Shown one piece after another: positions 13,059 through 32,075 of a stretch of 64,000 nt of DNA. Position numbers and translations under genes: made by a program. Numbering within the stretch: position 1 is the first letter of the stretch; each line of letters starts with the position of its first letter. Origin of the DNA: the human T2T-CHM13v2.0 reference genome, Homo sapiens. The notes below the pieces were generated by a model, which was not told the DNA's origin, did no database searches, and saw only the letters and a program-made list of their open reading frames with translations. The DNA lies in assembly GCF_009914755.1 (NCBI RefSeq), contig NC_060939.1. One strand, written 5' to 3'.

Positions 13059-14189
13059 GCAGAGGATTCTGATTGTGTTCATTTAGGTCAGGTGCCCACT
13101 TGGAATGAATCGCCGCAGCCAGGGACATACAGGACATACTGAATGCTCAATCCTGGGACATATGGTCCTTATCCCCTAGGACAATGGGTGTGGGATCAGT
13201 TTGTGGAATGGGTTTACTACAGGAAAGGGGTGTTTTATTACCAAGGGAAGGGAAGTTGGGAAAGAAGATAATAACAATAGTTGTCCAATAAACTTATTTC
13301 CTCTTTCATGCCTTTGCTCACATTAATGTTAGAACTAGCTAACTCCTTTACTTTGGGTCATTTCATCCCATTTCCTGTGTGTGTGTATGTGTGTGCACAC
13401 GTGTGTGTTCGTGTGTGTTCTACTTTCAATCTCCCCCACCCCTCATTGCCATCTGTCTGCCTGACCTAGATATCAGAGGTTCTTCCTTATTCCACAGCAT
13501 GGTTCTCCTGTCCCTCTCAGAGAGTTCATATCTTTCAAATATATATAAACACGTTATGGATAAGCACACACATACCTCTGCCTAAGTCTAACTTTACTTC
13601 ATTGCACTCCTGATAGAGCATGTGTGCTTCACCTACTGCTTTTCATTCTACCACTAAGGCATTAACCCTTGGAGTCACGCCTTTTAAAGCTGTGAATATC
13701 TGTTAAAATGTACTTGTATTAATATTACAGGGGGTCATACTTTTAGCCCTCAGGAATTCTGATTCCATTAGCAAAGTTTTTTTTTTTTTTTTTGCATACA
13801 GGGAACAAAAGAGGGATGTAATCCTTTACTATTATTATTTATTTTGATGTTCATATTTTCTCTGATTTCTCAAGAAGGGTCCTGTGGTCTTTTGATGTGT
13901 CCTCATTCTTTAAGTACTTCCTTCCTTTCTGGCCCAACAAGATGTTCCAGGCTCATCTTATACTTTTGCAGTCCTAGCTCTGGAATCAGCCATTTCTCCA
14001 AGGAGTTCTAATGACTTTTAGTGGAGAATGCTGTTTAGAAACTAAGATTTGAGTGCAAGGTGTGCTTATCCTTTTTGAGTTATCATTGTTTCTGGGCCAT
14101 CTCAGTGGATAGAATTAGGAAATATGCATGTGTATATGTATGTGTGTATGTGTGTATTTAGATAACTTAAATTGGTATCATATACATGA

Positions 14190-14474
14190 TTCTTTGCAGG
14201 CCAGTTGGTCTCTGTTTCAAGTACTTAACTTTCCCTTTGTAACACAAAAGCAGCCATAAATAATATGTAAATGAATGGGCAGAGCTGTGTTTCAATAAAA
14301 CTTATTTATGGACCCTGAAATTTGTATTTCATATCATTTTCACATATGACATATTCTTCTTTTGACATTTTTTCTAACCATTTTAAAACATAGAGGCCAT
14401 TATTAACCTGTGGGCCATACAAAAACAGGTGATAGAGCATATTTGGCCTGTGGGCTGTAGTTTGCCAAGTCCTG
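14190..14474. mobile_element. MER58-type hAT-Charlie MITE
   Basis: Terminal GGCCTGTGGGCTGTAGTTTGCCAAGTCCTG; similar copies at about 31208-31410, 32925-33145 and 39901-40125. Confidence 0.7.
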
Positions 14475-14520
14475 GTCTTTCCGAAACACTTTCAGTTTAC
14501 ATACAACACACATACCTATA

Positions 14521-14803
14521 TAGTCATACACTGAGTAACAACATTTTGGTCAACGATGGACCACATTTACAATGGTGGTTACCTAGACTATAAAGGAGCT
14601 GAAAAGCTCCTGTTGTCTAGTGATATCATAGCCATTATAACATCATACCGCAACTTATTACATATATATTTTTGCTGATGCTGATGTAAACAAACCTACT
14701 GAGCTGCCAGTCATATCAAAGCGTAGCACATACAGTTATCTATGGCACACAATACTTGTTAATTATAATAAGTGACCCTGTTTTTGGTTTATGATGTACT
14801 ATA
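14521..14803 (+). mobile_element. Tigger3/Golem-type DNA transposon, left part (resumes at 20483-20660)
   Basis: TA followed by TAGTCATACACTG..AACATTTTGGTCAACGATGGACCAC, matching the recalled Tigger3 terminus. Confidence 0.72.
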
Positions 14804-15070
14804 TAGTTTTCCCTCCATATCTTTATGGGATTCCTTCTAGGAACCCACTCGACCCCTCCCGTGGATACCAAAATCCACCAATGCTCCCCAATATAAAATG
14901 GCATAATATTTGTGTATAACCTATGCACATGCTTCTGTATACTTTAAATCATCTCTAGATTTCTTACAATACCTATCACAATACCTACACATCACTTCAT
15001 TTGTGTGAATACAGTGTAGTACTTGGCACACAGTAAATTCAAGTTTTACTTTTTGGAACTTTGTGAAATT
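14804..15070 (+). mobile_element. MER2B-type Tigger MITE, left part (completed at about 20408-20482)
   Basis: Collinear with the intact copy at 56624-56948 up to TTTGGAACTTTGTG(A/G)AATTTT. Confidence 0.8.
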
Positions 15071-20407
<5,337 letters not shown>

Positions 20408-20482
20408 GGAATTTACTTTTTTTTAAATCTGAGGTTGATTGAATTCATAGATGTAGAACACATGGATATGGAGGGCCAACTG

Positions 20483-20660
20483 GACCATATTTTTACTGTT
20501 ATTTTAGAGTGTATTCTTACTTATCAAAAAAAAGTTAACTGTAAAACAGCCTCAGGCAGGTCCTTCAAGAAGTATTCCCAAAGAAGGCATTGTTATCTTA
20601 GGAGATGACAGCTCCATGGATGTTAAAGCCCCTGAAGACTTTTCCCTGGGACAGTTGTGG
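20483..20660 (+). mobile_element. Tigger3/Golem-type transposon, continuation
   Basis: GTTAACTGTAAAACAGCCTCAGGCAGGTCCTTC...GGAGATGACAGCTCCATG follows the left part in the recalled consensus. Confidence 0.7.
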
Positions 20661-23600
20661 TCTGTGGTTACAAGTAATAAGGGAAGAATTTTCTACCCTT
20701 TCTAGTCTTAGCCCCAAGCTTTGAGATAGGCAATATTTCAGGGGCTGTCAGTAAGAAAGTTTATAACTAATCCAGTTTTGAGGGTCTTGCTCTTAGGGTC
20801 CCAGATTTATCAACAGGTGTCTACTAGTTAGACTCTCCAACTTGAGTGGCTCCTAGGATTGTCTTCTATCTCTCAGCCTTGAAGATCATGTAAACCAAAT
20901 CTCAATTTCATTAGGTTTAGCAAAATGCCATCACAGCATAAAGGTCAGTTTCTACATTCTATTTACCTCTCTTGGTTCCTACGTTTATTTATTGATTTAG
21001 TTTTCTATGTAGTCCTCATTTGTTTTTTTTAGCAGATCATGAATGCATTTGAGACCAGTAGTTTTAGTTCATCATTCTCTCAGAATACAAACACCTGTAT
21101 TATGTGTACTTTTCTTTAACTGTGCATTACTCTTTAATATTTGATCATATATTATACATCTTTCTAGTTATTTTATGTTTGTCAGTTGTGTATATTTCAG
21201 TCCTTGTGAGCACGCTTGATGATTTATTCTATTGTTCCATTTCACTTCAGCCCTCTAGGCAAATAGTAACTATTCAGAAAAATCCTCACTGATCAATATA
21301 AAATAAGTGGCTTTTCATTAAGATTATTTCAGAGATCATGGTACCTTGCTGGTATAAAAGAGTAAAAGCCCTTTTTCTAAAGTACTTAGCTTACTTAGGG
21401 GAGGAAAATTTCTAATTGGAGAAATTTGACTGATATTTAGGAATTGTTAGTTAAATATCTATGCTGTGTGATACATGCATATATGGGAATTTTATTTCTT
21501 TCTCTGTATTTTATTAAGTAAGCATAAAATGGACTAAAATATTTTCTTTTCCTTTCGGGATATGAATTTTGGTCAGTAGGGACAGACTGTTTCTCTATAG
21601 GTTCTTTAGCAGATAGGAAGCAGATGTGGCAATGTGAGGAGACTACTAGGGGAAGAACAAATGTATGAGTAATCTGGAAAAAGATTAAAGTCAATTATAA
21701 GTTAAATGTCAGCCTTTGGACCAAAGCTTTTTCATTCTTGGTACTCTAAAGAGATGAGAGCAATTGAGTGTTCTTAAACCCTCTGCCAAAAAAAAAAAAA
21801 AAAGGTGGGGTGGCGAGAGAGAGAGACTGTTTTTAAAAGCCAGTATTTCACTATACTTACTGTTTTATTTCCAGGTGTTTTTTTTTAAACAGTCTGCTTT
21901 TGATTTTGTTTGGTTAGGTAAAATATAACCCATCATTAGCCTGTATTTGTACTTAAGAGTATTGTTTTATTTGGTTAGAGAATGTCTTTAAAATCATATG
22001 GTCTTTGTCAGTGAACTTCTAGGAATGTCTGGCATGGTTATTGGTCAAATGCCTGGCAGATGGAAATGAAATTTTGTGAGGAATCTTCTGGATCAAATAC
22101 AGATTTATTTTTACTTTAATAAAACTATTCAAAGCATAAAGACTTCAGTCTGAGTGTCAACAGTAGTAGCTGATGTGGGAGCAGTTGCCCGGATAGTACT
22201 TGCTGAGGACTGCAGTGATGTTCCCATTCCTGATGCCACTTTTTTGTTGTGCTTGAATTACAGACATAGACCATATGGGCATCTACAGGTCTTTTAGATC
22301 TCTGAAGTTCTTTATAATGTATACTGGGCATACTGTTTTCTTCTATACATAAAAAAGTGCTTTGTATTTAATTAAATGAAGATACTGTTTAGTTTTGTGT
22401 GTGACACCACCCATTCTTAGACCAATTCCATTGGCAATTATTAGATCAATTTAATTCCCCAAAGGAATACTTGAGAGACAGGGCTGAGAACAGTTACAAT
22501 CATTTTAGTTTAAAATTCTACTTAGCAATGAGAAACAAATGATAGACTCTACAATCTGGCTTGTAAATAAATAGTAAATAGCAATAAAATTAGAATCTAT
22601 CTATAATAAAATTAAGTTTTCCAGCTTGTCTATGCTTTTGTACATATTATTTTCACTTTTAAGTGCATCTGCCTAATTAGTAATATATAGGGTCATAATG
22701 CTACTTAAATATCATGTTATCCTTTAAATAATAATTCCAATAAAAGTGTAAGAAAATTCACTCATTCACTTTTTTTTTAATCAAGGATAAGCCTTTTGGA
22801 ATTATTCCAGTTCATCACATTTTTTTCATTCATTCACCGAAACTTTATTGCACACTTACTAAAGATTGGTCTTAAGTTAGGTGTTGGGGCAGTGGTCACA
22901 GTATCTTTCCAGTCTTCAAGAAACTTACAGTTTAATTCTATTGAGTTAGGTTGAGTATTGGAAAAAAAAATGCTCTTCAACATCTACTGGCTCTGTTACC
23001 TCTGCTCTTCACATTAGTTAATACCTTAAGGTGGAAATTAGTGAGCCCATCCTATGGTAGTTGGAGGAAAACTTAGTGAAAACCCTTTTGAAATGTATCT
23101 TAATGGCCATTGGCCACCAACATAACAGTGTTCCAGGAAAAGGAGACTTGATAGATGAAAAGATAATCTGTCAAATATATATTTTTTATAGTTTAAAATT
23201 TCTCTGTAAATTAATTTTTAAAGATATAATTTACATATAATAAAATGCACACATTTTAAGTGTAGAGTTCAATGAATTTTGACAGAGTATGTACCCTTGT
23301 AACCATAACTCTAGTTGTTCACCTGAGAGAGAAACTTGGAGTTATTCTGGATTCCTTTCCTTATCACATCCAAATGATTACTAATTTCTGTCCATGCTAC
23401 ACTCTAAACTTCCATAGAACATCTCCCCTCTTTACTCTCCTGACTACTACCTTGGTTTTTGACATGTTAAGCCCTGTTTTTCACCTCTGTTACCGCAATC
23501 TGCTTTATAACTAGCTTTTGATTCTTATCTCTTTTCTTTTTCGTATACCCTTCATGACGTTATTAATTTGTGATTTTTCTAAAATACTATTCTGATCATA

Positions 23601-24305
23601 TTAACTGCCTTGCTTAAAATCCCTTCATGACTCTTTACAGTTCCCATTCTTAATTATTGTTTTGATGGTGGCATCATTTATCAAGTAGAAAATACACATA
23701 GAAAAGCAGATTTGTGGAGGGAAAGTGATGAGTTAGTTCACTTTAACAAAGTGGAAGAAATAAAACATTGCCTTCAGAAGCATTTTTATTTGATTCAAGC
23801 TTTATGTACACAACTATGGGGGAAGGAGAGAAAAGCCATCACAAATACCAGAAACTGTTCTGAGATTTTTATACTGATGAAGAAAATGAATTTTGGCAAT
23901 GCTGGGTAGGAAAAATTATGTTTGTTCAAGCTTGTTTATACTTTAAGTGATGATTAAGTTTAAATTTATAAACTCACATCTTCACCTTCATATACTAGTT
24001 TGTTAAAAAATGCCTTCCAATATTTATCTAAACATGTCTCAAACACTATGAGTTGCGTATAAATTGTGAGGTTTACCTTTTAGATTGGTAAAGACAAGCT
24101 CTGAGGTAAAATAATTAATAGCAGGGTATCTTTTTACCTTGAGTGTGAGGAAAACATAGAAGAAATATTTAAATATGACAATAAAAGCAGTGAACTTTAT
24201 TCTTGCTGTAGAACTTGCCTCAACCTTGTTAGTACCTACATTATTTTCTATACCATGAATATTCTATATCATCTAGCTTTTCTTGACACAGTGAGAAGAG
24301 ATATT

Positions 24306-24388
24306 TAATTTAGTGCCTGAATAAATAAAGTATTTATAGTACTATAAAGTACTGGTAATTTAGTGCCTGAATAAATAAAGTATTTATA
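24306..24388. repeat. Perfect 33-bp direct repeat with 17-bp spacer
   Basis: TAATTTAGTGCCTGAATAAATAAAGTATTTATA at 24306-24338 and 24356-24388. Confidence 0.95.
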
Positions 24389-24496
24389 AAGTATTTGTGT
24401 ACTGAATGAGAATGACTCTAATATAAATGAGTTTTACCAAGGTGCCCTGTGGTATTATTTAGAAAAGTGATTATTTCTTTAAAAAATGAAAATCCC

Positions 24497-24893
<397 letters not shown>

Positions 24894-25053
24894 AAATTCC
24901 AGTCAAAATCCCATAGGTTATTTATAGATATCAACAATTGGATTCTAAAGTTTATATGAAAAGGCCAGAAAGAAAGAAAATCCCAATCAAAATCCCATAG
25001 GTTATTTATAGATATCAACAATTGAATTCTAAAGTTTATATGAAAAGGCCAGA
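24894..25053. repeat. Tandem duplication with 84-bp period
   Basis: 24894-24969 and 24978-25053 match at 73 of 76 positions. Confidence 0.95.
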
Positions 25054-28000
25054 CCTGGAATAGTGACACAATACTGAAGAAAAAGTTAGAGGAGTCACAC
25101 TAACCTTTTGCAAGACTGTTTTGTATGGTTAAAATAAACAGATGATCAAAGTATGTTTTCACAAATCACACAGTTTATTGCCATACAAAGAGCTTATCAT
25201 TTTTATTCATAATGCTCAAAGAATGGAAGAATAACAGGAAGAAACATCATAGGGAATATACTCAATAGATAAAGTACATTATCCACATATTGGATGAGTT
25301 CCAATTTAGTTTAGAGTCCAGTTTTTAAAGTCTAGTTGCTAAATTAGGATGGAAGCTTGCCTCTGTGGATGTAAAGTCTAATCAAAGTTTGGAGAGTACT
25401 TTTCTATAAGTGGTTTCAGGAGGGATGGTTTGATCACCACAGTGTACATCCATAACAATGTGCAATGTCCCTCAACACTAACAAGCAGTGCCAGTGTTAC
25501 TGGGCTTTGGAGGATAGTTCAAAGGCTGACAGAGAGCAACCCTGCTAGTCTGATATTTTGGTCTTTGGAGAAGTGTCTGACATAGAGTAGCCCTGACAAA
25601 GCCTAAGTTATCAATCTGTCAAAATCTTGGGTTTATATGTGTTTTTAAAGTCCAGTCGTTGAGCCCAATAACTCATGTATGTGGTCTGATGAGGAGTGAT
25701 ATAACAATCTTACAGGGAGAGGAATTAAACTTCATGTTCTTATCAGAGCAAAACGTGTATCATTCATGTAGTAAATAAACTAAGTGTTTAAATCATTTCA
25801 AAGCTATATAATAAAGATTCCTTATAAAACTACAGTAATCATGACAGTGTGGTATTGGTGAAAGAGTAGACACATGTATCAATGGAACCAAATAAAAGGC
25901 CCAGAAATAGACCCATACAAATATATTCAGGTGATCTTTGATAAAGGAGCAAAAGCAATTCAATAGAGAAAGGATAGTCTTTTCAGCAAATGGTAATGGA
26001 ACAATTGGATGTCCATATGAAAAAAAGGAATATAGACATGGGCCTTACACCTTTTACTAAATTAACTCAAAATGGATCATAGACTTAAATGTAAAACACA
26101 AAACCATTAAACTTCTAAAGAAAACTTAGGAGAAAATCCAGACAACCTTGGATTTGGCAATTAGTTTTTAGACACAGGACCAAAAGTAGGATCTATGAAA
26201 GAGAAAATTGTTAAGTTGGGCATCATTAAAATTAGAAACATCTGTTCTGTGAAAGACACTGTTAAGAGAAGGAAAAGACAAGCCACAGACTGAGATAAAT
26301 ATTTGCAAAATATATATCTAATAAAAGACTTGTATCCAAATTTTAAAAAAATCTTAGAATTCCACAGTAAGAGAAGAAAGAATCCAATTTAAAATAGGCA
26401 AAAGAGCTGAAAACACAAAGAAGATACATGGATGGCAAGTATGCATATGAAAAGATGCTCAGCATCTTTTGTCATTAGGGAATTGCATATTAAAACAGTG
26501 AGATACCACTATGTACCTCTTGGAGTCACTGAAATTCCAGAACACAGATACCAAATGCTGGTGAGGATGGTGAGCTGTTAAGATTGCAAGATGATACAGC
26601 CACTTTGGAAGATAGTTCGGCAGTTTCTTACAAAGCTAAAATAAACATAGTCTTACTGTAATATACAGCAGTTATACTCTTAGGTATTTATCCATTTGAA
26701 TTGAAAACTTATGCCCACACAAAAAGTTGCAGGTGAATATTTACAGCAGCTTTATTCATAATCAACAAAAACTGGAAGCAGCCAAGATGTCCTCAGAAGG
26801 TGAATGGATAAAGAAGCTATGGTATATCCATACAATGGAATATTGCTCAGTGATAAAAAGAAATGAGCTATGAAGCCACAGAAAGACATGGATGAAACAA
26901 ATGCATATTGCTAAGTGAAAGAAGTCAATCTGAAAAGGCTACATATTACATGATTCCAATTATATGACATTCTAGAAATGGCAGAACTATAGTGACAGTA
27001 GAAAGATTTGTGGTTGCCAGTGATTTGGGAGGAGGAGAGAAGATCAAATGGCTAAAGTACAGCAGATTTTTCTAGTGTCATGAAACGGTTCTCTAAGATA
27101 CTTTAATGGTGGATACATGACATTAAGCCTGTAGAAATTTACACAATTAAAAAGTAAGCCTTAATATATGCAAATGTTAAAAAATCACTTAGGAGTTTAG
27201 AGGATCTCAGAAAGGAATGCAGACCGACAAGAGAATCTAACTGTATTAAAAATGTATGAAACAACCTCCCTAAGGGGGTGGGGGAAAAGGCACTGATCTA
27301 AGAAACTTCGGAAATGAGCCTGTAAGACTAAATGGAAAAGCAATTATACCTAATCATTGTACTTTAGTTGATAAAGTTGTTTCTCATTGGGGGTACACAT
27401 TAAACATTCTGATACCTCTATACATACATATTGGAATTGAATAATTAAGTAAATGGAGAGTTGATGGTTTGAAGCCAAACTTCTTGTTGAAGTAGAAATG
27501 TTCAGATAAGCAAGGGAAGGAGGCTAGAATGATTCATTTGGTGTTGGATTAGAGTTGGAGACATCAGTATAAACTCATCTTTAGCTTAATATAGACACAG
27601 ATGGCACAGATGGACAGATGGTTACTTAGAGAAATGTTTATAGATATATGCATATACACAGGTTTCTGTACACACATATATTTTCTTGCTGTGTCAGCTG
27701 AGAGGGACTAAAGGAAATGACCCCACAGTAGCAAGAAGTACACTTAGCCCCCAGATCTTTGTTTCTAATACTAGTCTCCAATAAAAGGAACTATGGCTCC
27801 TCAGAAATGGCCGATTCTAGGACCAGGACCGGAATTAGTCTAGAAAATACATGAGTATAGAAAATCTTATAGTGCCAGAAAGTAAGAAAGTGCTCAGAAA
27901 AAGAAAAAAAAAATCCACATCGATGGGAACCAAAGGGACATAGAAGCCAATTGAAAGAGCTTCCAATGGCCAAAGCTGGAACAATTTGAACAACAAAATA

Positions 28001-28270
28001 GTAAAATTGTATTGGATAATAACCCAAAGCATAGAATAAATATCCATGAGTTCAGACTCTGTGTCCTCAAGGAGGAGGAGCTTAACTTCCCACTCCCTGA
28101 GTGTGGGCTGTACATGGTGACTTCCTTACAAATAGTTGAGTATGAAAAGGAGAGGATGCAATGGTAACTTTACATTGGAGAAACCTGAAGAACATAACCT
28201 CAGCCTCAGCCTTGAACATGTTGATCAGGGTCAACATCAACAGTAATAAGTCATATTAATAATATATACC

Positions 28271-28582
28271 ACCTGGGCATAGTGGTCATGCCTGTTAATT
28301 CCAGCACTTTGGGGGGGCAAGGTGGGAGGATCGCTTAAACAGGAGTTCGAGACCAGCTTGGGCAACATAGTGAGACGCTTTTTATTTTGTAGACAAAATA
28401 AAAAGTAAAACATTAGCCAGGCATGATGGTACATACCTGTAGTTCCAACTACTTGGGTTGCTCAGGTGGGAGGATTGCTCGAGCCCAAGAGTTTGAGGTT
28501 AGGATTAGCTATGATTGCACCACTGAAACCCAGCCTGGATGACAGAGTGAGACCTGGTCTCAAAAAAAAAAAAAAAAAAAAA
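28271..28582 (+). mobile_element. AluJ-type SINE
   Basis: GGAGGATCGCTT, GGGCAACATAGTGAGAC J-type features; A21 tail. Confidence 0.9.
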
Positions 28583-29069
28583 GTAGGTATCTTAACCCCC
28601 ATCTAATCATGAGAAAAATATCAGACAAATCCTAATAGGGGGTCATCCTACAAAATAACTGATGAGTATTCCTCGAAACTGTCAACTCATCAAAAACAAG
28701 GCAAGTCTGAGAAATTGTCACAGCCAAGAGGAGCCTCAGGAGATATGACAACTAAATGTAATATGGTATCCTCCATGGGATCCTGGAACAGAAAAAGGAC
28801 ATTAGGTAAAAACTAAGGGAAACCTGGATAAAATACAGGCTTTAGCTACTAAGAATATGTTTACTTTGGTTGATTAATTGTAACAAATGTACTATACTAA
28901 CACAAGATGTTAGCAATAGGGGAAACTGGGTATGGGGTATAGGGGAACTCTGTACTATCTTCTCAATTTTTCTGTAAATCTAAAACTGTGCTAAAAATAA
29001 AGTCTATTAAAAATGAAAGTATTATCTTAAGGCCTCAGAATAATCCAGTGGTTTCTGTCTCTCCTGCAG

Positions 29070-29217
29070 TTTTGACAGTGTTTCCTGCCTTGCTGACTCT
29101 TCTTCCCTCTCGGACATCACCTTTGATGGCAATCCCATAGCTCAAGAGTCATGGTACAAACACACTGTCCTTCAGAATATGATGCAGCTGCGCCAGCTAG
29201 ATATGAAGAGAATCACG
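29070..29217 (+). CDS. LRRC49: LRRC49 internal coding exon B (148 nt, phase 2 to 0); last LRR plus LRR cap
   Basis: Acceptor tctgtctctcctgcag|T, donor ACG|gtgaga; open frame FDSVSCLADSSSLSDITFDGNPIAQESWYKHTVLQNMMQLRQLDMKRIT with GNP..Y..V....QL..LD LRR-cap pattern. Confidence 0.92.
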
Positions 29218-29522
29218 GTGAGAACCCTTCCAAAGTGTTCACCATGTTGTTGTCCTTAGTGTGGATTAGGAAATTGGGATGCATATTCTTTGCTTGAAAT
29301 GCTTCTTAATTTTAGTGAACTATGGGTTATCATGATTGTATACTTCATAATTGCAATTATGTAGTTTTTACTGCCTGATCCCATCCCAAGTTTAATTGAG
29401 CAAGACTTTTAAAATTCCTAGCCTTCTGTTTAAATTAATCATCGTGTTTATTTTTCATTCTTGCTTAATATCCAAATAATAATTTATTTTGAAATGAATG
29501 AGTGAGAATTTCTTTAAGTTAC

Positions 29523-29760
29523 GTAGCATAGTGGTTAAGAGCATGGACACTGGAGCCAGATTGCCTGCGTCTGAATTCTGGCTTGACTGCTTTCTAACGA
29601 TAGTCCTTTGGCAATGTATTTAATCTTTGTATACCTCATTTTCCTCAAAGTAAAATGGGGATCAGAATTAAGTCATAGGTTTGTCGCGAAGATGAAATAA
29701 AGTACTACACCTTAGAAAATAAGGTACTACACTTTAGACTGCGAGGCTCCTAGGAGGCAT
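29523..29760 (+). mobile_element. MIR SINE with 22-bp tandem duplication at 29695-29738
   Basis: GTAGCATAGTGGTTAAGAGCATGG...CCTCATTTTCCTC..GTAAAATGGGGAT core. Confidence 0.8.
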
Positions 29761-31527
29761 TTGTATGTAGTTGTTATTGTTGATGTTATATCTCCCAAAG
29801 TAGCTACCTCTTTTTATTCATCGTATCTCCATGTTAAGATATTTTCTACACTTAGATGTTTTAATATGGTTTCTGATCTAAGGAAATGCTGTGCATAATA
29901 TCCCCCTCTTTTTAGGTGTACAATGTGTATTAGCATATTATAGGATCCAAGAAGTTCTGTAATTAAATAAACTTGTTTAACTTTGTTTCTTTGACCAGGT
30001 TTATTTGTTATGAGAAAACACATTTTAATAATCTCAGTTTGATAGTCTCTGACCTAGAAAAATATCCTAAGCCTCTACCTATTTTCTCTCTTCTGGACTG
30101 CTGATTTTCATGTGAATTCTGTTGATCACCTAGGTTTATGCAGTTGCCAACTGACCTATTTCTTTGTATATTAGCATCACAATGTGTGCAGTTTTCATTT
30201 ATGCGTTGGCAATACTGTGGACCTCTAAGGTGGCTAGCTAATAGCTAAAAGTGTGGATGAATTGATGGATACCAGAGGTCTTCTAGGGTTCTGCCTCTCT
30301 CTCTATTCCATGGTGGAGCTATGGTTCTTTGTCCTCTTAGTTAATTCAGCTCTATAGTGTCAACACTGTTTCATATTTTTGTGGTGACTCTTTACCCTTA
30401 TCTCCATGTCTTTCTTAGTTAAGCATCTATGCTACTTCTTAAATTGCTCTTTCTAATGAGGTTGAGATGAGTGGGATAAGATTTAGAGCTAACTCGTTTA
30501 TATAAATTAGTACTTAATTATATGGTATGTTCCTCATAGTGAATTTATTTGTCAGTCTTGTCTACCCAAACAATATATAGTCTTTAAAGGCAGAAACCAT
30601 TCTTCTTTCTTGCCTGGCACCTACAGATTACTAGCATCTAATTCTCACACCACATTGAACTTTTACCAGTTATATCAATATTGTTCTTTACAGCAAAAAG
30701 ATGCAGTTTAAAATTATACATTGCATTATAGCTGAATTTTGTTGTCATGTCTCTAAAGTCATCATTTTTCTGGAACTATTTCTCAGTCTTTCTTTGATTT
30801 TCATGACTGATATTTATGAAAATTACAGGTTAGTTTTTTTGTAGAATGACCCTCAATTCAGATTTTTTGATGTTTCCTCATGATTAATTTTTACTTATAG
30901 GTTTTTGGCATTAATATCATAGCAGTGATTTTGTATTCTTCTCATTGCATCTTAGACCAGCATGTCTTACAACATGTTCTTCATATTTATCTCTTTATTG
31001 AGGATGCTTACTTTAGGATGATTTCTGCCAAGCTTTTCTTTGTGAAGATTCTCTTTTTCCCTTTGTAATCCCATTCCTCATAAAAATGTAAATTTATTCA
31101 TTCATTCATATCTATATGGACTTATGGTATTTAGTCTCGTCTTTTATTTATAACTTTTTAGTAACTTTAGTGTGGAAGCTGTACCTTTTTTAAGGACTTT
31201 TTATAACAAATGTCAACAAACAGCCTGTGAGCTGGCTACCTGTTTTTGTAAATAAAGTTGTATTGGAACACAGTGATGCCCATTCATTTATGTATTATCT
31301 ATGTTTGCTTTGATGCTGCAATGGCAGAGTCAAGTAGTTGCTATGGATACTATGTGGCCTACAAGCCCAAAATATTTATTATCTGGCTGAAAAAGTTTGC
31401 TGATGCCAGTAACTATTTTTTCTCTTTAAGAAACAATATCTTAATTGAATTTTTGTGTAAATTACCATATAAACATTCTCACTGTGGTGGATTACACAAA
31501 TATTTAATGAACTTCTGTGCACTGGGG

Positions 31528-32075
31528 CAGTGGTTCCTAAACTGCGTGCAGAGGATGCTGCAGTGAACTCATAGGGAGTGATTTTTAACTTCCAGGGGAA
31601 ACACAGTGAGATTTGACATCTCTGAGACTGTGGGCAAATTAGTAGCTCAAATAGTTTACCATTTCAACATGACCTCACACTATATTTGTTTCAATCACTT
31701 CCTATCTTTGAAAAGCTGAATTTTCAGTAGTTGTTGTAATAAAAATAAATACCTTGCCAAAATCAGTATCGAACAGGAAATGGGGATGGCAGTGTCCAAT
31801 GTGATTCTCTGTTTGAGAAATTGTATAACGTCCTCCTGGTTCTACACATTCCATTGATAAGTAGTTGTGGTTATTTAAAAATGATATAAAATATTTTTTC
31901 TTTCTATTTACATATATTATTTTTTAATTGCTACTAAAGTGCTAGACCATGAATACTTATTAAATTGTTTGGACCAAACTACTTAGTAAACAGAGTTGTC
32001 ACATATTTCTTTTGGCCTAGAGGCACTGTGAAAAAATCCCTGAGACTATTAGGTATCTTGAACTCACGAGTTTCT
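31528..32075. mobile_element. hAT-Charlie-type DNA transposon relic
   Basis: Begins CAGTGGTTCCTAAACTG; body resembles recalled Charlie4-like sequence. Confidence 0.5.

Larger units (their letters stand above)
24894..29013 (+). mobile_element. Old 5'-truncated L1 (L1MC/L1MD-type), sense to the gene, interrupted at about 25118-25812 and by an Alu
   Basis: Degenerate ORF2 3' part (CTACAGTAATC..GACAGTGTGGTATTGG, ATTAACTCAAAATGGATCATAGACTTAAATGTAAAAC) and long 3' UTR ending AATAAAGTCTATTAAAAA. Confidence 0.82.

Noticed and set aside
24306-24388. 33-bp repeat-spacer-repeat as a CRISPR-like array
   Set aside because: Only two copies, the spacer is derived from local sequence, the DNA is primate intron, and there are no cas genes.
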